Part shown: positions 54,682-63,853 of the stretch, piece after piece
Numbering within the stretch: the stretch's first letter is position 1
How the letters are laid out: each line of letters opens with the position of its first letter
DNA from: Andalucia godoyi And28
Taxonomy: Eukaryota > Protista > Jakobida
DNA length: 64,000 nucleotides
Reading direction: 5' to 3'
NCBI GenBank assembly: GCA_009859145.1
Contig: VRVR01000026.1
Location: forward strand, 252,446 to 316,445
Notes under the pieces: generated by a model
The model's database searches: none
Told to the model about the DNA's origin: nothing
The model's input: the letters and a program-made list of their open reading frames with translations, nothing else
Made by a program: the position numbers and the translations under genes

Positions 54682-55965
54682 ATGGAACAACATACCAATG
54701 ATGCGATCGATGAAATCAGAAGCTTCTTTTCTGTGCAACGCCACGCAATTGCAGAACAGGAAAGAGCGCATCTTTCGGGTCTGATTCTTGGGGCGTTTGT
54801 GCATCCAAAAACCGATGGATTTGTCAAGATGGACACCTTGTGGAATCGGTTGTGTCGAGCACAGTTCTTGCAGTTTCTCTTTGCCCAAGGACCAAGCTCA
54901 CCTCTTTGTGACGTTTTGCAAAGACTTGTTTCGGAGTACCCGTCTGCGATTCTGGATGTCGTTCGCCAGTGTCAGAGTTCCATTGAAAATTTCAACTTTG
55001 AGCATCACCTGGTGCTTGCAAGACTCGTCTCCATGTATGTTCCGATTGAGTGGGTGTTAAACGGGATTGCAGAGCGATGCAGAGCAGAGTTTGCAGTGCA
55101 GCTTGTGGATCCACACAGGAGAAGGTTTCATTCGGTGCACGCTAGCTCGCATGACCAAACAGGCACGGTTGCTGCAGAATTATTTGGATATGCATTTTCC
55201 GCACTGGCGTTTATCGTCTCTGCGCTGTCTCTGCGCGGTCATGAAGAAAGTGTTCGCCATATTAATGCAATTGAACAGCAGTTCGAACAGACTCTCGCGT
55301 CTCTGAAGCCTGCGTCCGCAGTTCATCCAAATCCCCCGCCTCCACCGCCGCCAGCATTACCATTGTCGCCGCACCATCCTGCTTCAAGTGGCCTGCCATC
55401 GTCTTTTGTTTCTGATGCGCCTGCTGTTGCGGTTTCGAAGAATTCCGTTGCTCTGTACGACGACTCCGTGTTGAGAGAGCATATAGCAGAGCTTCAGTCG
55501 GAGGTCAGAGCCATGCAGGTCGACATCGGAGAGCTTGTGCGGAGGGATCGCATGGAGACCAAGCAATTATCCGGAGTCATTTCGTCGATTGCAGACTGCC
55601 GGTCTGATGTCAACAGACTTTTGGCTGCTGCTTCGGAACTCCAAAAGGCAAACGAAGAAGCTCCACCAAAACTAGACAGTGCCATGGTGGTCGGCCGGAA
55701 CACCAGAGATGCACCAGCACCGTCTCCCTTTCCCTCTTCATTAGAGCCCAGGTCTGTGGGGTCTCTCGCTCGGTCGATTTCACTGCAAGGCGCAGAGAAT
55801 GCGTCAATGGCTGTTGTCCCGGCTGTCACAGCCGCCACCGTAGCGATCCGGCGACAGCTGTCGCCGTTGTCATCATGGATGTCCACTTCGCAGCAGTTTC
55901 TGTACAAGATGCTCTTGTACTTGCTGAGTTTCTTGTTTGGGATTCCCATTTCCAGCACCAACTGA
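54682..55965 (+). CDS. Hypothetical protein: helical N-terminal domain, Pro-rich linker, coiled coil, C-terminal hydrophobic tail
   Basis: Long ORF with first in-frame ATG at 54682; heptads LREHIAELQSEVRAMQVDIGEL; ends FLYKMLLYLLSFLFGIPISSTN (possible tail anchor). Confidence 0.7.
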   Translation: MEQHTNDAIDEIRSFFSVQRHAIAEQERAHLSGLILGAFVHPKTDGFVKMDTLWNRLCRAQFLQFLFAQGPSSPLCDVLQRLVSEYPSAILDVVRQCQSSIENFNFEHHLVLARLVSMYVPIEWVLNGIAERCRAEFAVQLVDPHRRRFHSVHASSHDQTGTVAAELFGYAFSALAFIVSALSLRGHEESVRHINAIEQQFEQTLASLKPASAVHPNPPPPPPPALPLSPHHPASSGLPSSFVSDAPAVAVSKNSVALYDDSVLREHIAELQSEVRAMQVDIGELVRRDRMETKQLSGVISSIADCRSDVNRLLAAASELQKANEEAPPKLDSAMVVGRNTRDAPAPSPFPSSLEPRSVGSLARSISLQGAENASMAVVPAVTAATVAIRRQLSPLSSWMSTSQQFLYKMLLYLLSFLFGIPISSTN

Positions 55966-56157
55966 AAGAAGACATCGTTGTCGTCTTCAAAATCAAGATC
56001 CGATTAATGGCAACAGAATGAACAAATAAAGCGTTTACGTATTCGATTCGACTTTGAGATTTCGTGCAACACAATAAATCGACGCCTTTCCCCCCTCCCT
56101 TACCGGACGAAGTGCTCTTCTCCGCAGCAAAACAAGACAACATAAAAAAAGAAAATC

Positions 56158-56160
<3 letters not shown>

Positions 56161-56196
<36 letters not shown>

Positions 56197-56198
56197 AC
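56161..56198. repeat. (CA)n microsatellite between convergent genes
   Basis: Read directly from the sequence. Confidence 0.9.
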
Positions 56199-56236
56199 AC
56201 GACACAATTATGCACCACAGCATTGGGAGCGACGCA

Positions 56237-59200
56237 TTACACAGCTTGCGCAGTTGGAGCTGCACCAGTTGCATCAGCGGACTCCATTTCCAACACAAGA
56301 TCTCCTGCTTCAAGGACATCTCCTTCCGACACGCAAACGCGCTTGACTACACCCTCTCGCGGAGCTGACAAGACCGTTTCCATCTTCATCGCGGACAGAA
56401 CGCACATCGCCTCCCCCTTTGCGACCTTCTGTCCGACTTTCGCGGCGACCCGCACAACCTTTCCAGGCATGGGCGCTGCAATGGAGCCTTGGACCTTCTT
56501 GTCGGCCTTCTCCCGCTTTGCAGAAGACCCCCCTCTGGCCGATCCGGTGACTGCTTTTTCTTCTTCATGCACAAATACGGACCGGGGCTTTCCATCCACG
56601 GCAAAAAAGACTTCGCGCAAGCTGGAAACAGCGTTTCGTTCGCCAATAGCCATCAGCTTGACCTCGGTCCATTTTCCGCGACTGAGAGGAACTCTAACTG
56701 TCTGGCCGATACGCAGTCCTCCAAAGAACACGTCAGTAGGAAGGTTCTGTGTATCTGTACCAAACATCTGCTTGAATGATTCAAAGGACTCGAATTCCTT
56801 GGGGTACAGCGCGGCAGACAGCAGCGCCTTAGCGTCAGCAGCAGGATCAAGTTCCAAATCGGTTGCAAGCTTGGCAAAATCAAGAGCGGCCATTTCTGCT
56901 CCGGGTCTCCCATCAAACGACTTGACGCGCCCTTTCAAGACGCGGCGCTGCAGGTCGGCGGGAATGCCGCCTTCGGGAATGCCGATTCCACCTTTGAGGT
57001 AGTCCACAACAGAGGACGGGAAAGAGAGCTCGTCTGCCTTATCCATCACTTGTTTGGGGGACAGGTGATTTGCGACCATGAACTGCGCGAGATCGCCAAC
57101 GACCTTCGAACTCGGGGTGACCTTGATGATATCTCCGAGTAAAACATTTGCGTCGCGATATGCTTGTTTGACGGCTGGCCAACGGTCGGCGAGACCGAGG
57201 GAGTTCGCTTGGAAGTGCAAATTCGAATACTGTCCACCCGGAATCTCGTTGATGAAAATATCAGCACTTGTTGAACGAAGAGACTGCGTGACTTCAAACG
57301 GAGCGTAGAGCGTTCGCAACTGCTCCCAGTACGTCGAGATACTCATCAGTGGTTCCAGTTCCAGTCCAGTGTCCCGTTCTGTGCCAAGAAGCGATGCAAC
57401 GAGCGCGCCTGCCGAAGGCTGGGAGGTCAGTCCGGACATGGAGTCAATGGCGACGTCCACGACATCCACTCCAGCTGCCGAGCACGCCAACATGGAAGCC
57501 ACTCCCGTGCCTGCTGAATCATGAGTATGAACATGAATGGGCATGCTTGCAGGAATCACCGCACGGAGGGCCGTGACCAACGGCTCTACATCTTGAGGTC
57601 GTAGAAGCCCCGCCATGTCCTTGATGCATAGGACGTGGGCACCGGACCGGACACAAGCCTCCGCAACCTTGGCGTAATACTCCAGCGTGTACTTTCCGCG
57701 AATGCCTGTGTAAGACAGCGCGGCCTCCACCACGCCACCTGCCTGACCGGCCGCCTCGATGCCGAGTTGCAGGTTTGGAAGGTAGTTCAGCGAGTCGAAC
57801 ACTCGAAACACGTCCATTCCAGACTTTACCGCCTGGTCGCAGAACTTGGATACAACATTGTCCGGGTATGACGTGTATCCGACAGCATTGGCACCGCGAA
57901 GTAGCATCTGCATTGGAGTGTGGGGTATCCGTTCACGCAACTGCTCGAGTCTGTCCCATGGACATTCACGGAGAAACTGCAGGCACACATCAAACGTCGC
58001 GCCTCCCCATGTTTCTAAGCTGTATGCAGCAGGGGCGAACGCAGCAGCCTGAGCCTCCGCAACTGCAAGAAGATCGTGGGTCCGAACTCGCGTAGCAAGC
58101 AACGACTGGTGTGCATCCCGCATTGTGGTGTCCATGAGCAGCAGCTGTTTGTGGTTGCGGACAGCCTTTGCAAATCCGTTCGGCCCCTCGCTGCGCAGTA
58201 CGTCCCGCCAGCCCTTTTGTTTTCGTCCGTTGATTTGCAAGTCGCGATGCTGTGCAACACTAGACAAATGCGGGGACTTTGGACGAATAATTGTGTTTGG
58301 GTCCTTGTAATGGCCGGGGTACTCGCGATGAACCGACTTCTCTCCGAGAAATCGCATCAGCTTCTTCAGGCGTGCTCTGTCTCCTTCTTCAGATGCAAAC
58401 TGCTCAGGAGATCTGTCAAGGACGTTGGTGTCCAGACCACCACTGAGGAACTGTGGATGTTGGAGAATCGAACCAAGGAACGGCAGGTTCGTGGGCACAT
58501 CTGTGTGAGTATCCTTCAGTGCCTGGACGGCCTTTGCCGTTGCCACAGAGAGATCGCGACCAGAAACAATAATTTTGAACAGTAATGGATCAAAATGTGC
58601 AGCAGCAGATAAGTCAGCGCCAGCATATCCGTACGATCCGCCGTCGACCCGGATCCCCGCGCCCTCAGGTAGCTGCAGGTGGCCCATGGTACCTGTCATT
58701 GCCTGCGACGTTACGCGCAGCTGGATTGACACACCACGGGTCTGGGTGTTATTGACATGAAGTTGTTCGAGAGAAGAGCCTTGTGCAATACCGATCTGCG
58801 TGTGTACAAGATCAACACCCGTAACCTGCTCAGTGATGGTATGTTCCACCTGCAGTCTCGGGTTCACTTCCATGAAGAAGTGCTCCCCGGTGTTGGGATC
58901 GATCAGGAACTCGACCGTCCCGGCGTTCTCGTACTTTGCATATCCAGCAAGCTTGACCGCATCACCAAGGACTCTTTCTCGAAGGGACCTTGGAAGGTGC
59001 ACAGCAGGAGCAATTTCCACGACTTTTTGGTGTCGCTGCTGGATGGAACAGTCGCGATCCCACAGATGCGCGACGTTTCCGTACGCGTCTCCGACAACTT
59101 GCACCTCGATGTGGCGAGGATGCGGCAAAAACCGCTCTACAAACAAGTCTCCTTTTCCGAAAGCAGACTCGGCCTCTCTGTGCGCAGAAGAGAATTTGTC

Positions 59201-59782
59201 CTTCAGCTCGTCCGCGGAACGGACAATGCGCATTCCACGTCCGCCACCTCCAAACGCAGCTTTGAGAATGACTGGGAACCCGTGCTTTGCACAGAACGCC
59301 ATTGCTTCTTCTGGGCTTTGAACTGGCTCTGCGGTGCCGGGCAGTACCGGAAGTCCTGCTTTTACAGCAAGACTTCGTGCAGACACCTTGTCTCCCATGG
59401 TTTCGATGGAGTCCGGTCGCGGCCCGATCCAGGTGATTCCGGCATCAATCACCTTCCTTGCAAACTCGGCATTTTCCGAAAGGAACCCATACCCTGGATG
59501 AATTGCGTCTACGCTTTCAGACTTTGCGATCTCGATGATCTCGTCCATCCCAAGATATCCAGCGACGGGAGTTGCACTTGATGAAGTTGTCCGGAACTTG
59601 GAGACTTCGAAAGCCTGGTCTGCAACACGGGTGTGCATGGATCCAGAGTCCTCGCGAGGAAATATTGCAACAGTCTTTATTCCAAGCTCATGTGCAGCCT
59701 TGAACACCCGCACAGCAATCTCTCCGCGATTCGCAGCCATAAGCTTGCGGATCGGCTTGAAGGTTCTTCCAGCACTGTGCAT
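56237..59782 (-). CDS. PC: Pyruvate carboxylase (BC-CT-BCCP), 1181 aa
   Basis: ANRGEIA, AIHPGYGFLSEN, GGGGRGMR, EVNPRLQVEHT, DTTMRDAHQSLLATR, IKDMAGLL, HTHD, KVTPSSKVVGD, biotinylation motif AMKMET. Confidence 0.97.
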   Translation of the reverse strand: MHSAGRTFKPIRKLMAANRGEIAVRVFKAAHELGIKTVAIFPREDSGSMHTRVADQAFEVSKFRTTSSSATPVAGYLGMDEIIEIAKSESVDAIHPGYGFLSENAEFARKVIDAGITWIGPRPDSIETMGDKVSARSLAVKAGLPVLPGTAEPVQSPEEAMAFCAKHGFPVILKAAFGGGGRGMRIVRSADELKDKFSSAHREAESAFGKGDLFVERFLPHPRHIEVQVVGDAYGNVAHLWDRDCSIQQRHQKVVEIAPAVHLPRSLRERVLGDAVKLAGYAKYENAGTVEFLIDPNTGEHFFMEVNPRLQVEHTITEQVTGVDLVHTQIGIAQGSSLEQLHVNNTQTRGVSIQLRVTSQAMTGTMGHLQLPEGAGIRVDGGSYGYAGADLSAAAHFDPLLFKIIVSGRDLSVATAKAVQALKDTHTDVPTNLPFLGSILQHPQFLSGGLDTNVLDRSPEQFASEEGDRARLKKLMRFLGEKSVHREYPGHYKDPNTIIRPKSPHLSSVAQHRDLQINGRKQKGWRDVLRSEGPNGFAKAVRNHKQLLLMDTTMRDAHQSLLATRVRTHDLLAVAEAQAAAFAPAAYSLETWGGATFDVCLQFLRECPWDRLEQLRERIPHTPMQMLLRGANAVGYTSYPDNVVSKFCDQAVKSGMDVFRVFDSLNYLPNLQLGIEAAGQAGGVVEAALSYTGIRGKYTLEYYAKVAEACVRSGAHVLCIKDMAGLLRPQDVEPLVTALRAVIPASMPIHVHTHDSAGTGVASMLACSAAGVDVVDVAIDSMSGLTSQPSAGALVASLLGTERDTGLELEPLMSISTYWEQLRTLYAPFEVTQSLRSTSADIFINEIPGGQYSNLHFQANSLGLADRWPAVKQAYRDANVLLGDIIKVTPSSKVVGDLAQFMVANHLSPKQVMDKADELSFPSSVVDYLKGGIGIPEGGIPADLQRRVLKGRVKSFDGRPGAEMAALDFAKLATDLELDPAADAKALLSAALYPKEFESFESFKQMFGTDTQNLPTDVFFGGLRIGQTVRVPLSRGKWTEVKLMAIGERNAVSSLREVFFAVDGKPRSVFVHEEEKAVTGSARGGSSAKREKADKKVQGSIAAPMPGKVVRVAAKVGQKVAKGEAMCVLSAMKMETVLSAPREGVVKRVCVSEGDVLEAGDLVLEMESADATGAAPTAQAV

Positions 59783-60169
59783 GCTAAATCAGGAATTCAC
59801 TTACGCCAGAAGTCCAGATAAACCCACACCAAGTTTTCAAACGAGAGCAGAGAGACAGACTGTGCAACACGAAGAGGAAAAAGAAGGAAGAGCTGGTTCT
59901 CTGTTTGTTTCTTTTTTTTTTTTTTGTTTTTGGGAAGGAAAAGGAAAAACGGAGGCCTAAAAATTAATTAAAAAAACAAAAACAAAAATAAAATACCTGA
60001 ACGAGAGGAATCGAAAGAACACGCGAGAGTCGAGAACGATTTCAGTTTTCCAGTGCGTACTTGACTGTGCGAGCAGACGAATCGTGCGTATTCCCCCGAG
60101 CGGGTGATTTGTTGGCGCATTTCATCCACCCGTCCAAACAATCCCCGCTGGCCTCCGAATCCTTTTTTA

Positions 60170-62518
60170 CAACCAACCGCAGTGATGTGAGATGATTTCT
60201 TTTTTGGTTAGAACGCCGTCTATTTTGGAATGAACTGCAGCAGCTGCAGCAGCTGTACTTTTGAATAAATCCAGGGCCCACCATGGGGCCCACATCCCCG
60301 CCCACGCGAATGAACGCAATCGAAAAGTGTTTTTTATTTTGCTGTTTTCTTGCAGATTTATTCGAAGGTGCCACATAGGATCAAGGCTTCGTAAAGAGAG
60401 GAATGAGACAAATTTCATCCATGTCAGTTCTTGCTGGTTCTCCTTCATTCCGCTCAACAGTTCCTGTTTCGACTTCGTTTTCTCGGAGTCCTGGATGAAG
60501 ATCAATGCCCCAGTCTTTGTACTTCTGCATCACGATTTCGGCTTTTTCATCCCCTTCGTGAATCCCGTCCAGAATTTGACGAGTATTCACCGGAATTTTT
60601 GTCAGGCACTGCACGAAGAACGAACGTGCATGCTTGTACGCGGCACCAATGTGTTCGGCAGGGATCTGGGTCGCAGCTTGCTGAACCAGTGCTGCAACCG
60701 CAGCTACGTTTGTCGCAGCTTTCTCTCGGACAATCTGGCAGAATTGAAACTTCCACATTCCAAATACCTCCTCGCAAGGATCCAAAAACGGAGAATATGG
60801 TGGCAACCGTTCCACTTCAATTTTGGATTCCCACTCGCGCAACAATGGTATCACTGTTTGCTTCGCCATATGCATTGGAACATTGTCGTGAATGATCATT
60901 TGCTTTTCACCTTCGAGAAGCTTTCCCGTTTGTTCGAGACGCCGGAAGAGATTCTTCAAAAATAGGGCATATGTGGCTCCATTGATGCCTCCTGTGTAGC
61001 ATTCGTAATAGACGAGCGAACTTCTGTCGACAGCTGCGATCACAGTCAGGCTCGGCACATGGATGTCGTGGATTGCAAGCAGTGGGCGGCATCCTTGAAG
61101 GGATATTCCTTGTTCGGGATGAACATCAAAATTGAACGGCGTCTCGTCGATGAAAATTGCCTTTTGATACTGTTCTTCTTTGTCGCCAAGCATTTTTGCA
61201 GCATACTCACTTCGAGCTTGAATGACACGCTCCAGATTTCGAGAGACTGGAACCGTCAGGAAGTCTGCTAGTCGAAAGCCAAGGTTGTTATGTAAGTATT
61301 TTTGCAGATTCTGAGCCAAATGGTCTTTGTTCACGACCTGCAACTCCGGAAACTGGATCACCAGCTTGTCTGCCAGATCTCGATAATGAAGATTGTTGTC
61401 GAAGACCATCTTTCGCGCAGCCCATAGAAGGTGATCTTCCGACAAGATTCTCTGCCGTCGGCTTGAGGGGTTCTGCCCTCCTCTCGACGGCATTCCTACA
61501 GGATCCAGTCCGTGCAATTGTCGCTGACGCATTCTGTTCCAAGTGGTCCGGACAGTGTTGATGTTTTTCTCCAAAATCCTTGCTACGTCGCTTGCACGAC
61601 TTCCCATGAAGTTGATCTGGTTCCAAATGATCTTCCGATCCTCCTGGGATACAACTCCAGTAGGCTTTATCGGTATTCGCGCCAGTTCTGCCTTTTCCTT
61701 TTCCAATGCTTCCTTTTGCTGGTGCTCTGCAAGTGCTGCCTTTGCCAACGTCTCTCGCACTGCCGCTTGCATCGTTAGCGTGCGAGCTGCGTCGATGCTT
61801 TGAGCCTTTCGTGTTCGTTTCATTTCCCGAAGCTCCTTTGAAGTGTCCAGTGACATTCGCCTTTTCGATTTCAACTGATTCATGTTGAGGTTTTGCATTT
61901 CCGGAATTGATGCCAAGTCTATGTCCGGAATTGGAATCACCTTCTCAGTATTCGGTAAGATCCGCTTCGCAATTTGATTTGGAACACTCGCATTTGATGA
62001 GGCCGATGCCACAGCCTGTGTGGCTCTTCGTTTCAATGAAGGCACGCGAACAAAATTGTCATGGATCTCATTCAATGGTTGTCGGACTGGGAGTGTCTCG
62101 GGAGCTGTCCTTTCTCGGAGGATTTCTTCTTCCGCCGCCGCAAACGGACCACGGCATGCATTCCTCCACGCTGTAGTCAAAAATATGGAATCATTATTCG
62201 AAGGAGCTATTTCCTGTCCTGCAATGTTCGTGGACGGCCCTGCTGCGGCCCCGCTGTCGTTTTCTCTCAGTGATGTAGGGTCCTGGCTTTCCATTTCCAA
62301 GTTTTCCGTGCGCTTTATAAGTAGGCGTGTTTTAAGATTGCTTGCAGTTTATCTGGAGATGGTTTTTTTATTTCGTAAACCATTTCAGTACACAGAAATC
62401 CTTCGTCCAAACGGCGTGCGCGCCAACTTTATTTTCGCCAACCGTAGCGGCAGTTCATTCCAAAATAGACGGCGTTCTAACCAAAAAAGAAATCATCTCA
62501 CATCACTGCGGTTGGTTG
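60170..62518 (-). mobile_element. Intact IS630/Tc1/mariner DNA transposon, 2349 bp, 69-bp perfect TIRs, TA target-site duplication
   Basis: 60170-60238 (CAACCAACCGCAGTGATGTGAGATG...GAATGAACTGC) is the exact reverse complement of 62450-62518. TA at 60168-69 and 62519-20. Encloses a DDE transposase ORF. Confidence 0.96.
60381..62294 (-). CDS. DDE transposase (IS630/Tc1-like, DD37E), 637 aa
   Basis: HTH-like SRASDVARILEKNINTVRTTW; catalytic IFIDETPF, IIHDNVPMH, LPPYSPFLDPCEEVF with 37 residues between the second D and E. First ATG at 62294. Confidence 0.95.
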   Translation of the reverse strand: MESQDPTSLRENDSGAAAGPSTNIAGQEIAPSNNDSIFLTTAWRNACRGPFAAAEEEILRERTAPETLPVRQPLNEIHDNFVRVPSLKRRATQAVASASSNASVPNQIAKRILPNTEKVIPIPDIDLASIPEMQNLNMNQLKSKRRMSLDTSKELREMKRTRKAQSIDAARTLTMQAAVRETLAKAALAEHQQKEALEKEKAELARIPIKPTGVVSQEDRKIIWNQINFMGSRASDVARILEKNINTVRTTWNRMRQRQLHGLDPVGMPSRGGQNPSSRRQRILSEDHLLWAARKMVFDNNLHYRDLADKLVIQFPELQVVNKDHLAQNLQKYLHNNLGFRLADFLTVPVSRNLERVIQARSEYAAKMLGDKEEQYQKAIFIDETPFNFDVHPEQGISLQGCRPLLAIHDIHVPSLTVIAAVDRSSLVYYECYTGGINGATYALFLKNLFRRLEQTGKLLEGEKQMIIHDNVPMHMAKQTVIPLLREWESKIEVERLPPYSPFLDPCEEVFGMWKFQFCQIVREKAATNVAAVAALVQQAATQIPAEHIGAAYKHARSFFVQCLTKIPVNTRQILDGIHEGDEKAEIVMQKYKDWGIDLHPGLRENEVETGTVERNEGEPARTDMDEICLIPLFTKP

Positions 62519-62783
62519 TATCTAGCCAAAGATGGGCAGCTGCAGCAGTCGTAGTTGCAGCTCCTTTTGACGTCACAAATCTCCGAAAGACCCACCCCTC
62601 CCAGAAAAAACCCTCAAAGACTTTCGACAAGCACCACCCCAACGTTTCAACAGGACCTCTCCGATAAATCCAGATTCAGCCACACCCAACACCAAACCGA
62701 TAGAAGACATTTCCAGTGATGCAGTAGACACTGGTGAGCACCAGCCAAGGAATATCAACGAACAGACAACTGCGCGAGCGACC

Positions 62784-63246
62784 ATGATGCGATTTTCGAG
62801 GCGATTGAAACGAGATCGAGAGCATGATGATGTCATGCTTGACAGCTATTATGCGCCGAAGCGATACTTGTCGGAATCAATGGCGGATTTGTTGCAGTCT
62901 CTTTCGGTATCTCCGTCGATAGTGCCACTGACCGCGACCACGATTGAGCCGCCTTCGAGGATGGTGCTGACGGGCGAGACCGGCGACGAAGACACAAGCA
63001 GACAGTCGATGCAGCAGAATGGAAAGGACGAGTGTGGAAAACTGGAGCTTCTGAATGGCACTGCTTGTACTGCGCTCGTGCCTTACGTCTCGCAAACCCC
63101 CGTTTTGCGCTTGACGCCGCATGAGTTGTACTCGGAGACAGTCCTGGACAGAATCGCGAAAAAGAATGCACAGCGCATGCTTCTTAATCTCGATGAACAC
63201 ATGAATAGGGAAACTAAGATGAAAACAATGACTGGACGTGATGATG

Positions 63247-63277
<31 letters not shown>

Positions 63278-63371
63278 GCCGGTACTGGCGGATGCAATGG
63301 CTGTCGATGCAGAGATGCTCGATGAATCTTTTGTAGAACGCACGTCATCATTCAGCATGGACATCGATTAA
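62784..63371 (+). CDS. Hypothetical acidic protein (195 aa from ATG 62784); the frame stays open upstream to a TGA at 62568-70
   Basis: ATG-initiated ORF with a basic N-terminus (RRLKRDRE...PKRYLSESMADLLQSLS) and a poly-Asp C-terminus. Confidence 0.65.
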
Positions 63372-63423
63372 GCATAGGGTTTTTTTATTGCGCTGCTTGT
63401 CCACAAATCTTCCATCAAGACCC

Positions 63424-63724
63424 GGGGGTGTCGCCCGAGTTTGTTGCTTTCTCCTTATTGCCTACTGTCTGCTGAACTCCCCAGCTTTTGAGAAATTCCT
63501 GAGCACCCGTGCAAGACGACCGTAGTATGACAGGAAAGTCCGGCACACCGCTCCACCAGACGTTTTGGGGTTGGAGGGTTTGTAATTAGCTCTCATTAGA
63601 GAGGCATGGAAAGAAACCCTCTGCTAGGGTTACTGCCCTCAATTTGATGCTCCTTTTGGTTCCTCTGGTGCATGGAAAATGAAGACTCACGAAAGGCAAA
63701 CAGAACATGTGCTTCATCGACCTC
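63424..63724 (+). ncRNA. Candidate RNase P/RNase MRP-like RNA gene
   Basis: GGAAAGTCCGG (63533-43, CR-I-like) and AAACAGAACATGTGCTTCAT (63698-717, CR-V-like); end-to-end pairings resembling P1, P2 and P3; T-run immediately after. The canonical P4 pairing is not satisfied. Confidence 0.42.
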
Positions 63725-63853
63725 TTTTTCTTTGTTTATTTACTTCTCTCTCTTTTCCTTTTTCTTTTCCTTTTTCTTTTTCTCTTTTTCCTTTTCTTGC
63801 CCCCCAGCCCTTTTAACACTCTTCACCTCCGTTTATTCGGTTTAAAGAACACC

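Noticed and set aside
59786-59806. GTAAGT...TTTAG 21-nt mini-intron just upstream of the pyruvate carboxylase ATG
   Set aside because: Far shorter than the 68-170 nt introns seen here, and there is no upstream ATG or presequence exon to join.
7768-59960. Numerous 100-290 aa ORFs antisense to or overlapping real genes (for example 7768-8310, 13049-13915, 17364-18152, 47619-48434, 56064-57002, 58757-59581)
   Set aside because: Shadow ORFs expected opposite GC-rich coding sequence; no motifs, and many start at non-ATG codons.
62313-62319. TATAAAG on the minus strand upstream of the transposase
   Set aside because: Only about 20 nt from the ATG, too close for a conventional TATA-to-TSS distance, and unsupported without TSS data.
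63622-63633. TAGGGTTA (minus strand TAACCCTA) as a telomerase RNA template
   Set aside because: Only 8 nt, expected by chance, and the surrounding structure fits a plus-strand RNase P/MRP-like layout better.
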